The notes under the pieces: generated by a model
Seen by the model: only the letters and a program-made list of their open reading frames with translations
Database searches by the model: none
Told to the model about the DNA's origin: nothing
In this document: positions 11,418 through 20,505 of the stretch, in pieces
Position numbering within the stretch: the stretch's first letter is position 1
How the letters are laid out: every line of letters begins with the position of its first letter
Position numbers and translations under genes: made by a program
From: Ignavibacteriota bacterium
Lineage (GTDB): Bacteria; Bacteroidota; Ignavibacteria; UBA10030
DNA length: 64,000 nucleotides
Assembly: GCA_963701295.1 (NCBI GenBank)
Contig: OY969585.1
Coordinates: 1,408,001-1,472,000 of the forward strand
Direction of reading: 5' to 3'

Positions 11418-12128
11418 ATGGATTACTTTTATGTCAAACAGGAAGATATCAGCAGCCACGGATTAATTCTTCGTGGCGATGAATCAAAGCATCTTATCCG
11501 CGTGATGCGGAAGAATATCGGCGACCGCATCTTTGTCACCGACGGCAATGATACAATGTACGAAGCAGTGATTGTCGGATATGGAAAGACAGACGCACGG
11601 TGCGATATCGCTGCAATGCACAGGAAGTACAATGAACTATCTCTTGATGTAACACTTGCAGTCTCACTGCTTAAAAACCCGGCCCGGTTCGATTATCTCG
11701 TAGAAAAAGCAACGGAGCTCGGCGTGCGAATGATCATTCCGCTGCTCAGTGAAAGAACCATCCCGCAGCACGAGAAGCATGACCGTTTAGAAAAAATTGC
11801 TCTTGCTGCAATGAAGCAATGCGGACGAAGTTGGTTACCACGGATTCAACCGCTGCAAAAATACGAATTCGTGGTAGGCAATTCGTCACACTGGCCGTTG
11901 AAATTTATCCCTCACGAAAAGACCGATTCCCTTCAGACTATCTCATTGGAGCTGAATCGTCACGATGATGTCCATTCGCTTCTCATTACTATTGGACCTG
12001 AGGGTGGATTCTCGGAAGATGAAGTGGCTCTTGCCGAACACAATGGATTCAAACTCATATCCCTCGGCTCGCGTCGTCTGCGGACAGAAACTGCAGCGGT
12101 AGTAACTATGGCAGAACTACTGAAGTAA
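11418..12128 (+). CDS. rsmE: 16S rRNA m3U1498 methyltransferase
   Basis: HLIRVMR, EKATELGV, AMKQCGR, IGPEGGFS, LGSRRLRTETA. Confidence 0.95.
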   Translation: MDYFYVKQEDISSHGLILRGDESKHLIRVMRKNIGDRIFVTDGNDTMYEAVIVGYGKTDARCDIAAMHRKYNELSLDVTLAVSLLKNPARFDYLVEKATELGVRMIIPLLSERTIPQHEKHDRLEKIALAAMKQCGRSWLPRIQPLQKYEFVVGNSSHWPLKFIPHEKTDSLQTISLELNRHDDVHSLLITIGPEGGFSEDEVALAEHNGFKLISLGSRRLRTETAAVVTMAELLK

Positions 12129-12161
12129 AGTTTCCATTACCATCATTTTGATTATGCGATA

Positions 12162-12791
12162 TCAAAAAATGTAGCCGGCTCCCAAAGAGAAATCCGCTCC
12201 GTTGTAGTTCATCCTTCCCCCAATAGCAGTTTCAAAATCTGCCATCAGATGATACCCCACGTTGGCATTCAGCTTGAAATGATTGCTAAGGAAGAAATCG
12301 ATACCCACGCCAAGGCGTCCGCCAAATGTGGTTTCTGTATGTGCTTGCTGTGAAAGCAATGTATTCTTTGCCTCTGATCCGAAGTAAGTCCCAACCGCTG
12401 CTGAAAGAAATGGGCGAACATTGTCGCTAGGCTCAGGTACGTAAAACCGAATGCCAAGCAGTAGTGGAATAACAGCACTTGCTTGCTGTGTGACATTGAA
12501 AGCGCTGATGGTAGAACTTGCTTGTGCTGTGAGCAAGCTGACCGTTGCCGTCAGTGACAGTTGCTCCCGTAACCAATATGAATAACTGAGACCGCCTGCA
12601 AAACCGCTGGTTTTTGCCTCCGCCTGAATCCCCGTCGTCGCGACTGTGTTTGATGCTTTCGCCCCTCCCCATAAGCCGAGGCCGAGTTCAATTGCAGATC
12701 TGCCTTTAAAAGAAAGATCCTGAGCCGTTAAAACGGAACCTGTTGTAATGAATAGAAGAACCATGGAAAATGTTCTTATCGTGGTCTTCAT
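12162..12791 (-). CDS. Outer membrane beta-barrel protein (OmpW/OmpA-barrel-like)
   Basis: GGAGG RBS before ATG 12791; signal peptide; alternating beta-strands; C-terminal GAGYIF beta-signal. Confidence 0.75.
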   Translation of the reverse strand: MKTTIRTFSMVLLFITTGSVLTAQDLSFKGRSAIELGLGLWGGAKASNTVATTGIQAEAKTSGFAGGLSYSYWLREQLSLTATVSLLTAQASSTISAFNVTQQASAVIPLLLGIRFYVPEPSDNVRPFLSAAVGTYFGSEAKNTLLSQQAHTETTFGGRLGVGIDFFLSNHFKLNANVGYHLMADFETAIGGRMNYNGADFSLGAGYIF

Positions 12792-12910
12792 CGTTGACCT
12801 CCGTTTCGATATTGGAATATCCCTCCGCATTTCATATAGGCGTTGAAACATCAATGTGTGTAAAAATCATTTAATATTTTTATAAAATTCAAAAATCCAA
12901 TATGTTGCGT

Positions 12911-13096
12911 TTATTCTTTGTTCCTTTTTGCTGTCAGCGCTGTGACTATTTTGGTCCAAGCAGCACCAACAACTACCCCGCTCACAAACAAACCGAGCAC
13001 CTGAACTGTTCTTACGTTTTCTGTAAACTGTGTTAGTCCTAATACACCGAACACAACCATGATCGCAGCATTTCGTCCAATGAGTTTCATGTCCAT
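12911..13096 (-). CDS. Small two-helix membrane protein, hypothetical
   Basis: AAGGAG RBS, two hydrophobic segments, basic tail. Confidence 0.6.
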   Translation of the reverse strand: MDMKLIGRNAAIMVVFGVLGLTQFTENVRTVQVLGLFVSGVVVGAAWTKIVTALTAKRNKE

Positions 13097-13336
13097 ATTC
13101 TTCTCCTTAACTAAAATGATTTGATTTGAACTAATTTCTTTAAAACAAGTGTTATGAATACAATATATATTACTTTTTAAAAAGATGCGTTTGATTCTTC
13201 CCGCTGTTGCAAATCTCCAGATCTCTCATAAAGAACGAATATGTTGTTTGTGTAAGGCCATCCCCGGATGCGCTCCCGCCGTACGTTTAATTTTTTATGT
13301 TGATGGTATCCTCCTGTAGTGAGATGTATCCGGAAA

Positions 13337-14017
13337 TTACGCGCCACTGCCTGAGTTTGTACCGGCGAGTTGAGCAATATCCTTATTCTCCAGGATCTGT
13401 TTTGCATAGCCAATCCGGACTGCTCGAATCATCGCAATGCCTAAATCTTCTAGTGTGCAAACATTCTTTGGAGATAAGACTTTCCACAACGGATACAACG
13501 ACCCAAGTACTTTGAAGAGTGGCTTTACATTCTTCTGACCTTTGGTTGGTTTCATAAGTCCCGGTCTGAATAGGTACACTGCTTTGAAGGGAAGCATTAT
13601 AAGATGATTTTCCGTTTTCCCTTTTATTCTTGCCCACATACTGCGGCTTTTTTCAGTGCTGTCGGTTCCCGTTCCTGAGATATAACAAAATGTCATATCA
13701 GGATTGAATCCTGACAGGGTTCGTGCAGCCTGCATTGTAAGGTCGTATGTAATCCGGCTATAGTCTTGTTCATTCATTCCTAAAGAAGAAACACCAAGAC
13801 AGAAAAAACAGGCGTTAAAACCTTTGAGATGTTCTCCAATAGTAGAGTAGTCGAAGAAATCTTTATGAAGCAGTTCTTTCAGTTTTTGGTGCTTCACATT
13901 GCACGATCTTCTGCCTATGACCAAGACTGATTCAATATCAGGACATTTGAGAGCTTCGTGGAGAACTCCTTCTCCGACCATTCCTGTAGCTCCGAAGATG
14001 ATAGCTTTGATTTTCAT
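13337..14017 (-). CDS. NAD(P)-binding epimerase/atypical SDR-like protein
   Basis: Start at MKIKAIIFGATGMVG (Rossmann), FFCLGVSS, KGKTEN, FRPG. Confidence 0.85.
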   Translation of the reverse strand: MKIKAIIFGATGMVGEGVLHEALKCPDIESVLVIGRRSCNVKHQKLKELLHKDFFDYSTIGEHLKGFNACFFCLGVSSLGMNEQDYSRITYDLTMQAARTLSGFNPDMTFCYISGTGTDSTEKSRSMWARIKGKTENHLIMLPFKAVYLFRPGLMKPTKGQKNVKPLFKVLGSLYPLWKVLSPKNVCTLEDLGIAMIRAVRIGYAKQILENKDIAQLAGTNSGSGA

Positions 14018-14076
14018 TGTCACGTTATGATTCCCTTTAGACATTCTGTTTTTCAGTGCTGTGCACCGTTTTATTG

Positions 14077-15483
14077 TCACATGTGAAAATCTCGAACTCT
14101 TGGATCGAGAATAATATCAGAATACTTCAAAGGAGCATTGAGATACACACCTTCGTATGACCTGCAGCGGCTCAGTGCCACGTATGCTTGCCCATGTGCG
14201 AATGCACCATATCCCAGATTAATGATGACCTTGTCAAAAGTTTTGCCTTGACTTTTGTGAATGGTAATTGCCCATGCAAGTTTTATCGGGTATTGACGGA
14301 ACGAGCCTGTCACGATGGATTCGATACTGTGATAAGTACGGTCGTACTCGTATACCGATTTTTCCCAGCTAGTTTGTTCGATCGTATGGACAATGCTGCC
14401 GAAAGAAACTTTAATGGAATCATGGGAGATATGCTGTATGACGCCAAGAGTTCCATTGACCCAGCGTTTGTTCGGGTCATTTTTGACCATCATCACTTGG
14501 GCTCCTTTTCGCAGCTTGAGTTTCTTGTCGGTCGGTTGCGATTTTTCATCGAAGTCTCCTTCGATAACTGCGTCGAAATTAAATTCCTGAGACGGTAATG
14601 CAGAAAGCCGCTGCAGATTGATCGCTGAGGCAAGCGCGTTGGTGCTGGTGAGAGTTATGGCGAGATCATGCGTGTTGAATTTCAAAGAAGGTTTGTGCCT
14701 CTGATTGATCTTCTCCAGATCGGACAGCTCGATTTCTTTGTTGCGTACCTTATTCAGAAGCTGAATAAACTCAGGGTCGTTTTGCCGAAATACGTGCTGC
14801 AGTTCTATTTTCTGCAGGCGGATTTCGCTGAACACTTTTGCGCTGAAAAAATATGGAGTCAAGTAGTTATCTTCGAAGTATTCTCCGAGATCCTTTTCGA
14901 CAACCGGCGGAAGCTGGAATAGGTCGCCGATGAGGACGAGTTGAACACCTCCAAAAGGATCATACGGCCGATTGCGGTTTAGCCGGAGGGACGCATCGAT
15001 TGCATCCATCATATCTGCTCGCACCATGGAGACTTCATCAATAATGAGAGTCTCGAGAGCAGCGAACAGGTCTGCTTTACCTCGTATTTTTTTGACATCG
15101 TCCAATGTAATGAGGCGTGTAGGAAAGCGGAAGAACGAATGAATCGTTGAGCCGCCGATATTGACTGCAGCAATTCCTGTGGGGGCAAGTACAACGGTTT
15201 TCTTTTGCGTTTTTTCTTTGAAGTACTGAAGGAGTGTCGACTTTCCCGTTCCCGCATTGCCGGTAACATAGTAGTGGTGTTTTGTGCGTTCAAGCATATC
15301 GAATGCGGTCGAAAACTCACGCGTCAATTCAAAGTCCGAAGGAATACCTGCAACGGAGGAAAAAGCAAGTTCTTTCTTCGGTTTCTTTGACTTCGTTGGT
15401 GATTCGGGTGGAGGTGCCGGTGTCTTGGGGGGTTTGGGGGAGAGCTTCGCTGATCGTTTCAAAGGACTTGAACTCTTCTTCAA
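14077..15483 (-). CDS. PIF1/RecD-like SF1B DNA helicase
   Basis: GNAGTGKST, LAPTGIAA, IDEVSM, GDLFQLPPV, FRQ, AITIHKSQG, YVALSR; Pro/Lys-rich N-terminus, TTG start uncertain. Confidence 0.9.
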   Translation of the reverse strand: MKKSSSPLKRSAKLSPKPPKTPAPPPESPTKSKKPKKELAFSSVAGIPSDFELTREFSTAFDMLERTKHHYYVTGNAGTGKSTLLQYFKEKTQKKTVVLAPTGIAAVNIGGSTIHSFFRFPTRLITLDDVKKIRGKADLFAALETLIIDEVSMVRADMMDAIDASLRLNRNRPYDPFGGVQLVLIGDLFQLPPVVEKDLGEYFEDNYLTPYFFSAKVFSEIRLQKIELQHVFRQNDPEFIQLLNKVRNKEIELSDLEKINQRHKPSLKFNTHDLAITLTSTNALASAINLQRLSALPSQEFNFDAVIEGDFDEKSQPTDKKLKLRKGAQVMMVKNDPNKRWVNGTLGVIQHISHDSIKVSFGSIVHTIEQTSWEKSVYEYDRTYHSIESIVTGSFRQYPIKLAWAITIHKSQGKTFDKVIINLGYGAFAHGQAYVALSRCRSYEGVYLNAPLKYSDIILDPRVRDFHM

Positions 15484-15698
15484 AATAAATAATTACTAAG
15501 GTTAGCTATGGTGTTAGAAGTTTGCTTCTGACAAATCCTTTTTCCTAAAAATTACATTACTTCAATTTACAGTAAATTGTGGAGAGGTGCATGGTGTATA
15601 ATAGCAGCAACAAAAATGCCGTTCTGCTTGTCAAATAAAAGAATTAATCTATCGTAGCGGCAAGCCGACTTCATCAATCAACCTTTTATGTTGTGAAC

Positions 15699-16640
15699 TT
15701 ACTTACTCTCAATTCTTGCTCGCCTTGCCTGCCATGAAGCCGACTCTTCCCAAGAGCTTCGGGATTGTTGCATAAGATGCTGGATGATTTGCAGTATCGT
15801 AATTTGCGCATCCGCAAGTATCTTTTGGGTTGAGTAGTTTTTCGAATCAGCAGCATAGTTTGCTGCTATTAATTTCTGATAAAATACTGTGTATCTCGTT
15901 TTCGCGTGATCCACAGATGCACGCCATTGAGGCAGGATTTTTTGGAGCCGTTTATTAGCGATTGCTATATGCTTGTCTGCCGATTTCAATTTTACTTCTT
16001 TCACTTTTACAGGATCGGGTGCGCTCATTTCGCCGGAGCTGATCTGAGGAAGTTTGGCAATTTCGGCAGCTTCCCATAAATCTATTTCTGAGTGTGATTT
16101 ACGGTATTCCTCAACCATTTTTGCTTCTTCTTGCTCCTTAGTAATTGACCGCTGAAATTCATTTTGTGTGTCGTTGTAGATTTTTTGCCATTCGTCTAAG
16201 GCGGCACGGACAGAAGGCGAATCTATTTCAGTCACAGGGCTGCCTGACTGCATGGACTTCATCATTTCCATTGCCATTTTCATTTTCTCTTCCTTGCTCA
16301 TCGTCTTCATCTTCTTCTGCATTTCGGGGTCGCTCATTTTCTTAGCAACTTCGGGAGATAATTCCGGTATTGCAGAACCTGCTGTAGGTTTTGGCTGTGC
16401 CTTAAATTCCGCTTCAACTCCTTTCACATCCTGTTCAATAGGATTGAACAACTTCTCTGCGCTGCATCTCAATTCTCCATAGTTGTTATTTATAATAACC
16501 TTCGCAAAAGCGTCTTGAACGGTCGCAGGCGGTGGTGGAATATTTTCAAGCATCTCCATCAAGTCCTTTTTTATGGGTACTTGAGCCGACAGAGTAAATA
16601 TTGCGGTACTGAGTACGACCATTATTGCAACGGTTCTCAT
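15699..16640 (-). CDS. Secreted helical hypothetical protein
   Basis: Long ORF; signal peptide MRTVAIMVVLSTAIFTLSA; GAAAGG RBS; coiled-coil-like composition. Confidence 0.7.
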   Translation of the reverse strand: MRTVAIMVVLSTAIFTLSAQVPIKKDLMEMLENIPPPPATVQDAFAKVIINNNYGELRCSAEKLFNPIEQDVKGVEAEFKAQPKPTAGSAIPELSPEVAKKMSDPEMQKKMKTMSKEEKMKMAMEMMKSMQSGSPVTEIDSPSVRAALDEWQKIYNDTQNEFQRSITKEQEEAKMVEEYRKSHSEIDLWEAAEIAKLPQISSGEMSAPDPVKVKEVKLKSADKHIAIANKRLQKILPQWRASVDHAKTRYTVFYQKLIAANYAADSKNYSTQKILADAQITILQIIQHLMQQSRSSWEESASWQARRARIESK

Positions 16641-16993
16641 CGAATAGTTCCTTTCATTTGATTTTATTGAGTTGCACATTCATTTTTGGAAGATTCCTGT
16701 TAAATTCCTTTTTCAAATCAGTGTATCGGGAAGCAATTGCATCTAACTATGGTTGCAACGGATAGGGTTCAGCTCCCTAATAAGGAGCATAAAGGTGTAA
16801 AAAATACCTCTTTGTTCGTCTGATTCGCAATATCTCCACGTTTGAACAATTTACCTCTTGTTTGTATTTACATCCAGAATAGCGTTCCTACATACATCAT
16901 ACATCTACCAAAACGACGGCAGACAAGCAGGGGTAAGTAAAAATCAGATTGATAGATGGTAGAAAGTATTTATGTCAGTTGCAATATGCAAAA

Positions 16994-17029
16994 CTTGGTA
17001 GAGGTTCAATATATTGAACCTCTACCAAG
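16994..17029. repeat. Perfect 36-bp palindrome (GTAG-type REP-like element, possible terminator of the hut operon)
   Basis: cttggtagaggttcaatatattgaacctctaccaag is its own reverse complement; 18 nt after the cyclodeaminase stop; followed by TTTT on the minus strand. Confidence 0.85.
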
Positions 17030-17047
17030 ATCGTGGACAACAAAAAT

Positions 17048-17680
17048 TCAATATGAAAACAACCGCTCGTTGATCCGGAATAACGTTTGATGCGCAGAAT
17101 TGCTGATGCTTACCTGCAATGAGTTCGTCAATATTCTATTGGATTCAACAAATGACAGGTCTGTTATACTTGCAAGATTGATGCGTACATTCATCGCGGC
17201 TCCTTCGCAGGCAGATCCCAACATCAAGACGGCAACACCGGCATCCGTGAGAGAATTTTTATTCCCTTTTTCGCCCACAATTTTTAGCAGCGCGACTGCC
17301 TCAGCACAGAGTTCCAAGAGCTGGAGAGGAACAACCGTTGCTTCTTTATATGCCGTCTGGATTGCGGCTACACGTTGTGCATCCTGGTCTGTAGTTTCTT
17401 TTGGAAGCCGATAGGCAGCGATGACCTTTTTGAAAGCATTGGTGTCTTCATCAATAAGAGCTGTGAATTTTGCACGAAGTCTTTCGGATTTTATTAAGAC
17501 ACTTTCCAGCTCAAACTGAATGGTGACATTCGTATCTCTTTTCATGGTGAGACGGCACACCATCGATGCTAATGCAACTCCAAGCGATGCCGCAAGAGCA
17601 GAAACGCTTCCACCGCCGGGGGCAGGAGAGTTGGACGCTGTTTCATCAAGAAATTTGGAAACTGAAAGTGAATTAAGCAT
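17048..17680 (-). CDS. Formiminotetrahydrofolate cyclodeaminase
   Basis: SPAPGGGSVSAL, DEDTNAF, VPL, GNKNSLTDAGVA, NVRINL; follows ftcD. Confidence 0.9.
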   Translation of the reverse strand: MLNSLSVSKFLDETASNSPAPGGGSVSALAASLGVALASMVCRLTMKRDTNVTIQFELESVLIKSERLRAKFTALIDEDTNAFKKVIAAYRLPKETTDQDAQRVAAIQTAYKEATVVPLQLLELCAEAVALLKIVGEKGNKNSLTDAGVAVLMLGSACEGAAMNVRINLASITDLSFVESNRILTNSLQVSISNSAHQTLFRINERLFSY

Positions 17681-17690
17681 ACCATATCCT

Positions 17691-18713
17691 TTAAATCATA
17701 TATTCAATAATTTTTTTCTTTGGATCAAACGGTTCAAGTCGGCTTAAACCCAATTTTTTGACAGCAAGTGAAACATATTCCGATTCAGAGAGTTCTTTGC
17801 CATCCGAATAGAATTTTCCTGCTTGTACCATCGCATCCAATGGGGCAAGTCCCACCAGTTCGCTTCCAGCGACGTCGATTCCAAGCAAATGAGCCTGTTT
17901 CTTTACTTCTTCAAACGCCTTATGGATAGATGTTATTTCATAATCCACAAGATTGATGGAAACTTGTGAGATCTTAAAACGATCAAGATAAACGCCCATG
18001 GCTTTTACTGCTTTGAGCGTGCCGGGAATCTTGATTATCTCACCCTGTTCATTTTTCATCGTGTTGCCACGTTCATCCTTTCTTGGCCTACCGCTGTCAC
18101 GTATGCGTAGAGCAATCTCTAGTGCATGGCGATCGTTGATTGTGTTGAGGTTCACATTATACGCGATGAGGATTTTCCGTGCTCCGGTTACGGTAGCACC
18201 GGATTTCGCATTGAAGAGACGTGCGCCATAATCCGGTTGCCAGGCTGCATCCTTCAGCTTCTCAGCTAATCCTTCATACTCACCTTTGCGGATATCGGAA
18301 AGATTTCTTCGCTGCGGTGAACGAGCTGCAAATTCATATAAAAATATCGGAATGTTCAGCTCTTGTGCAACGCGTTCGCCGAATTTTTCGGCGAGCTTCA
18401 CACACTCATCCATCGTTACACCGCTGATAGGAACAAATGGCACAACATCAGCAGCACCGATGCGTGGATGTTCGCCTTTCTGTTGTGTCATATCGATGCG
18501 ATCAGCAGCGATCTTGGTTGCCTGAAATGCGGCTTCCACCACTGCTTCCGGTTCGCCGACAAAGGTTACCACAGTTCGGTTGTAGTCTGTATCCGGTTCG
18601 AGACAAAGCAAGTGTGCTCCCGGAACATGCGTGATACTCTCGCCAAGAGCATCGATGGTTTCCTTATTTCTTCCTTCACTGAAATTGGGGACGCATTCCA
18701 CAAGTTGTCGCAT
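17691..18713 (-). CDS. ftcD: Glutamate formiminotransferase
   Basis: MRQLVECVPNFSEGR, NRTVVT, GEHPRIGAADVVPF, IRKGEYEG, GAR..LIAYNVNL. Confidence 0.94.
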   Translation of the reverse strand: MRQLVECVPNFSEGRNKETIDALGESITHVPGAHLLCLEPDTDYNRTVVTFVGEPEAVVEAAFQATKIAADRIDMTQQKGEHPRIGAADVVPFVPISGVTMDECVKLAEKFGERVAQELNIPIFLYEFAARSPQRRNLSDIRKGEYEGLAEKLKDAAWQPDYGARLFNAKSGATVTGARKILIAYNVNLNTINDRHALEIALRIRDSGRPRKDERGNTMKNEQGEIIKIPGTLKAVKAMGVYLDRFKISQVSINLVDYEITSIHKAFEEVKKQAHLLGIDVAGSELVGLAPLDAMVQAGKFYSDGKELSESEYVSLAVKKLGLSRLEPFDPKKKIIEYMI

Positions 18714-18730
18714 AGAGGTTTCTTTCAATT

Positions 18731-19975
18731 TTAAAATTCTAAATACGTTCCGTGCTTGATCACTTTGGCAACATGGTTTGTACCGAAGTGATAAACAAGA
18801 TGTCGATAATCCGGAACATTGTATAAAATAATATCGGCTTGTTTCCCGACTTCAATACTGCCAAGTGTGCTCGAGAGTCCAAGAGCTGCTGCGCTGTTAA
18901 TCGTAGTTGCACAGACCGCTTCTTCCATTGTCAATGACATTTGTGTGCAGGCAATGGTCATCATCAATGGCAATGAATAGGACATACAGGAACCTGGATT
19001 GAAGTTCGATGCAATTGCCAACGGAATACCGGCATCGATGATCTTTCGTGCCGGCGGATATCCGCCGTGCAAAAAGAATGATACACCGGGGAGTACTGTA
19101 GCGATTGTTCCAGAATGTTTCAACGCAGAAATTCCCATATCATTGATGTGCTCCAGATGGTCGGCGGAGACTGCGTTCATTTCTGCGGCGAGCTTTGATG
19201 CACCGATTTGTGAAAGTTGATCGGCATGAATTTTAATCCCGAGCCCTAGCGATTTTGCGGTCTCGAAGATTTTTTGGCATCGTTCAACGGAAAAATATTT
19301 TTGCTCGCAGAATGCATCGCAGAATTTTGCCATGTTATGCTTAGCGATGTACGGGAGCAGTCGTTTGCAAATGAGATCGACGTAGCCGTCTGGGTCTTCT
19401 CTGAATTCCTGCGGAATTGCATGTGCTCCAAGAAATGTCGGAACAATATCCATCAAGCTTTCTTCAGCAAGTTCATTGATTGTATGAAGTATCTTGATCT
19501 CAGCATCTTCGTTTAATCCGTACCCGGATTTTATTTCAACAGTTGTAGTCCCTTGACGAAGCATTGCATCAAGGTGATGGCGGGCGAGCTTCTTCAATTC
19601 TTTTTTAGAAGCAGCTCGTGTTGCGTCCACCGTACTGATAATTCCTCCGCCTGCCTCGGCAATTTCTTGATATGTTTTTCCTTGAGTGCGCTTTGCAAAT
19701 TCATTTTCGCGGCTTCCGGCAAAAACAGAATGAGTGTGCGAATCAACAAATCCGGGTAGTGCAATCAGGTCGGAAGAATCGATAGTATCAATGGTTTCAT
19801 ATGGCGTCTGTGAGAATTCTACGCTTGGTCCAATCCAGGAGAATAACCCATTTTGAATCAAGACTGTTGCATCTTCAATAATGCCGAGATCGCGCATCTC
19901 TTTGCCGGATTTATACGGTTTGCCATCCGACCGCACGGTGATAAGCTGTTTGATATTTTTGATGAGCAGGTTCAT
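18731..19975 (-). CDS. hutI: Imidazolonepropionase
   Basis: PGFVDSHTH, GTTTVEIKSGYG, TFLGAH, HADQL, ADHLE, FNPGS; start at MNLLIKN. Confidence 0.93.
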   Translation of the reverse strand: MNLLIKNIKQLITVRSDGKPYKSGKEMRDLGIIEDATVLIQNGLFSWIGPSVEFSQTPYETIDTIDSSDLIALPGFVDSHTHSVFAGSRENEFAKRTQGKTYQEIAEAGGGIISTVDATRAASKKELKKLARHHLDAMLRQGTTTVEIKSGYGLNEDAEIKILHTINELAEESLMDIVPTFLGAHAIPQEFREDPDGYVDLICKRLLPYIAKHNMAKFCDAFCEQKYFSVERCQKIFETAKSLGLGIKIHADQLSQIGASKLAAEMNAVSADHLEHINDMGISALKHSGTIATVLPGVSFFLHGGYPPARKIIDAGIPLAIASNFNPGSCMSYSLPLMMTIACTQMSLTMEEAVCATTINSAAALGLSSTLGSIEVGKQADIILYNVPDYRHLVYHFGTNHVAKVIKHGTYLEF

Positions 19976-20125
19976 AGATAGACAACGTATTTCTTGGAGG
20001 GAAAATAACAAAGATAATGCTTCGGAAGCAAGTTCCTTTCAATAAACAGTTAGTAACAAAAGATAGTTTTGTTCTGGGAAGGCGCTTCCTTAGAAGGAGG
20101 TTCCGTGCGATGGGAAAAAATTAAT

Positions 20126-20482
20126 TTATTGACGTGGATTGCTTTGCCACAACGCTAATTGAACACCATCAGGTGTCTCAAACTGTGCCCGCCAACCCAT
20201 CGATCCGACCTGAGATTTCTTCGTCAACATTTTGCCGCGTGCTTTTCGTATGGATTTCATTGTTATATTGATATCTTCCACTTCGATATATGGAATGACT
20301 TGTCCTTTCTTGGGCATTCGTTTCATGATCTCAAATCCACCGTTGGGATATTTACCAGTATGGATGATTGTATAATCGATATCCTGAATATAAGAAAATG
20401 TCCAGCCAAAGACTGTGCCGAAGAATCTCTTTGACTTCTCAAGATTGATTGCTGGAATTTCGATATGACCAAAAGCGTGCAT
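20126..20482 (-). CDS. VOC (glyoxalase/bleomycin resistance) family protein
   Basis: AAGGAGG RBS before ATG 20482; HIEIPA...FFGTVFGW, YIEVEDI, F.TPDG..LALW. Confidence 0.85.
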   Translation of the reverse strand: MHAFGHIEIPAINLEKSKRFFGTVFGWTFSYIQDIDYTIIHTGKYPNGGFEIMKRMPKKGQVIPYIEVEDINITMKSIRKARGKMLTKKSQVGSMGWRAQFETPDGVQLALWQSNPRQ

Positions 20483-20505
20483 AAGTTCCTCCTTATGAAG
20501 ATGAT

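Noticed and set aside
13177-13413. 78-aa minus-strand ORF overlapping the epimerase-like gene end
   Set aside because: Overlaps a real CDS in another frame, with no RBS or motif support
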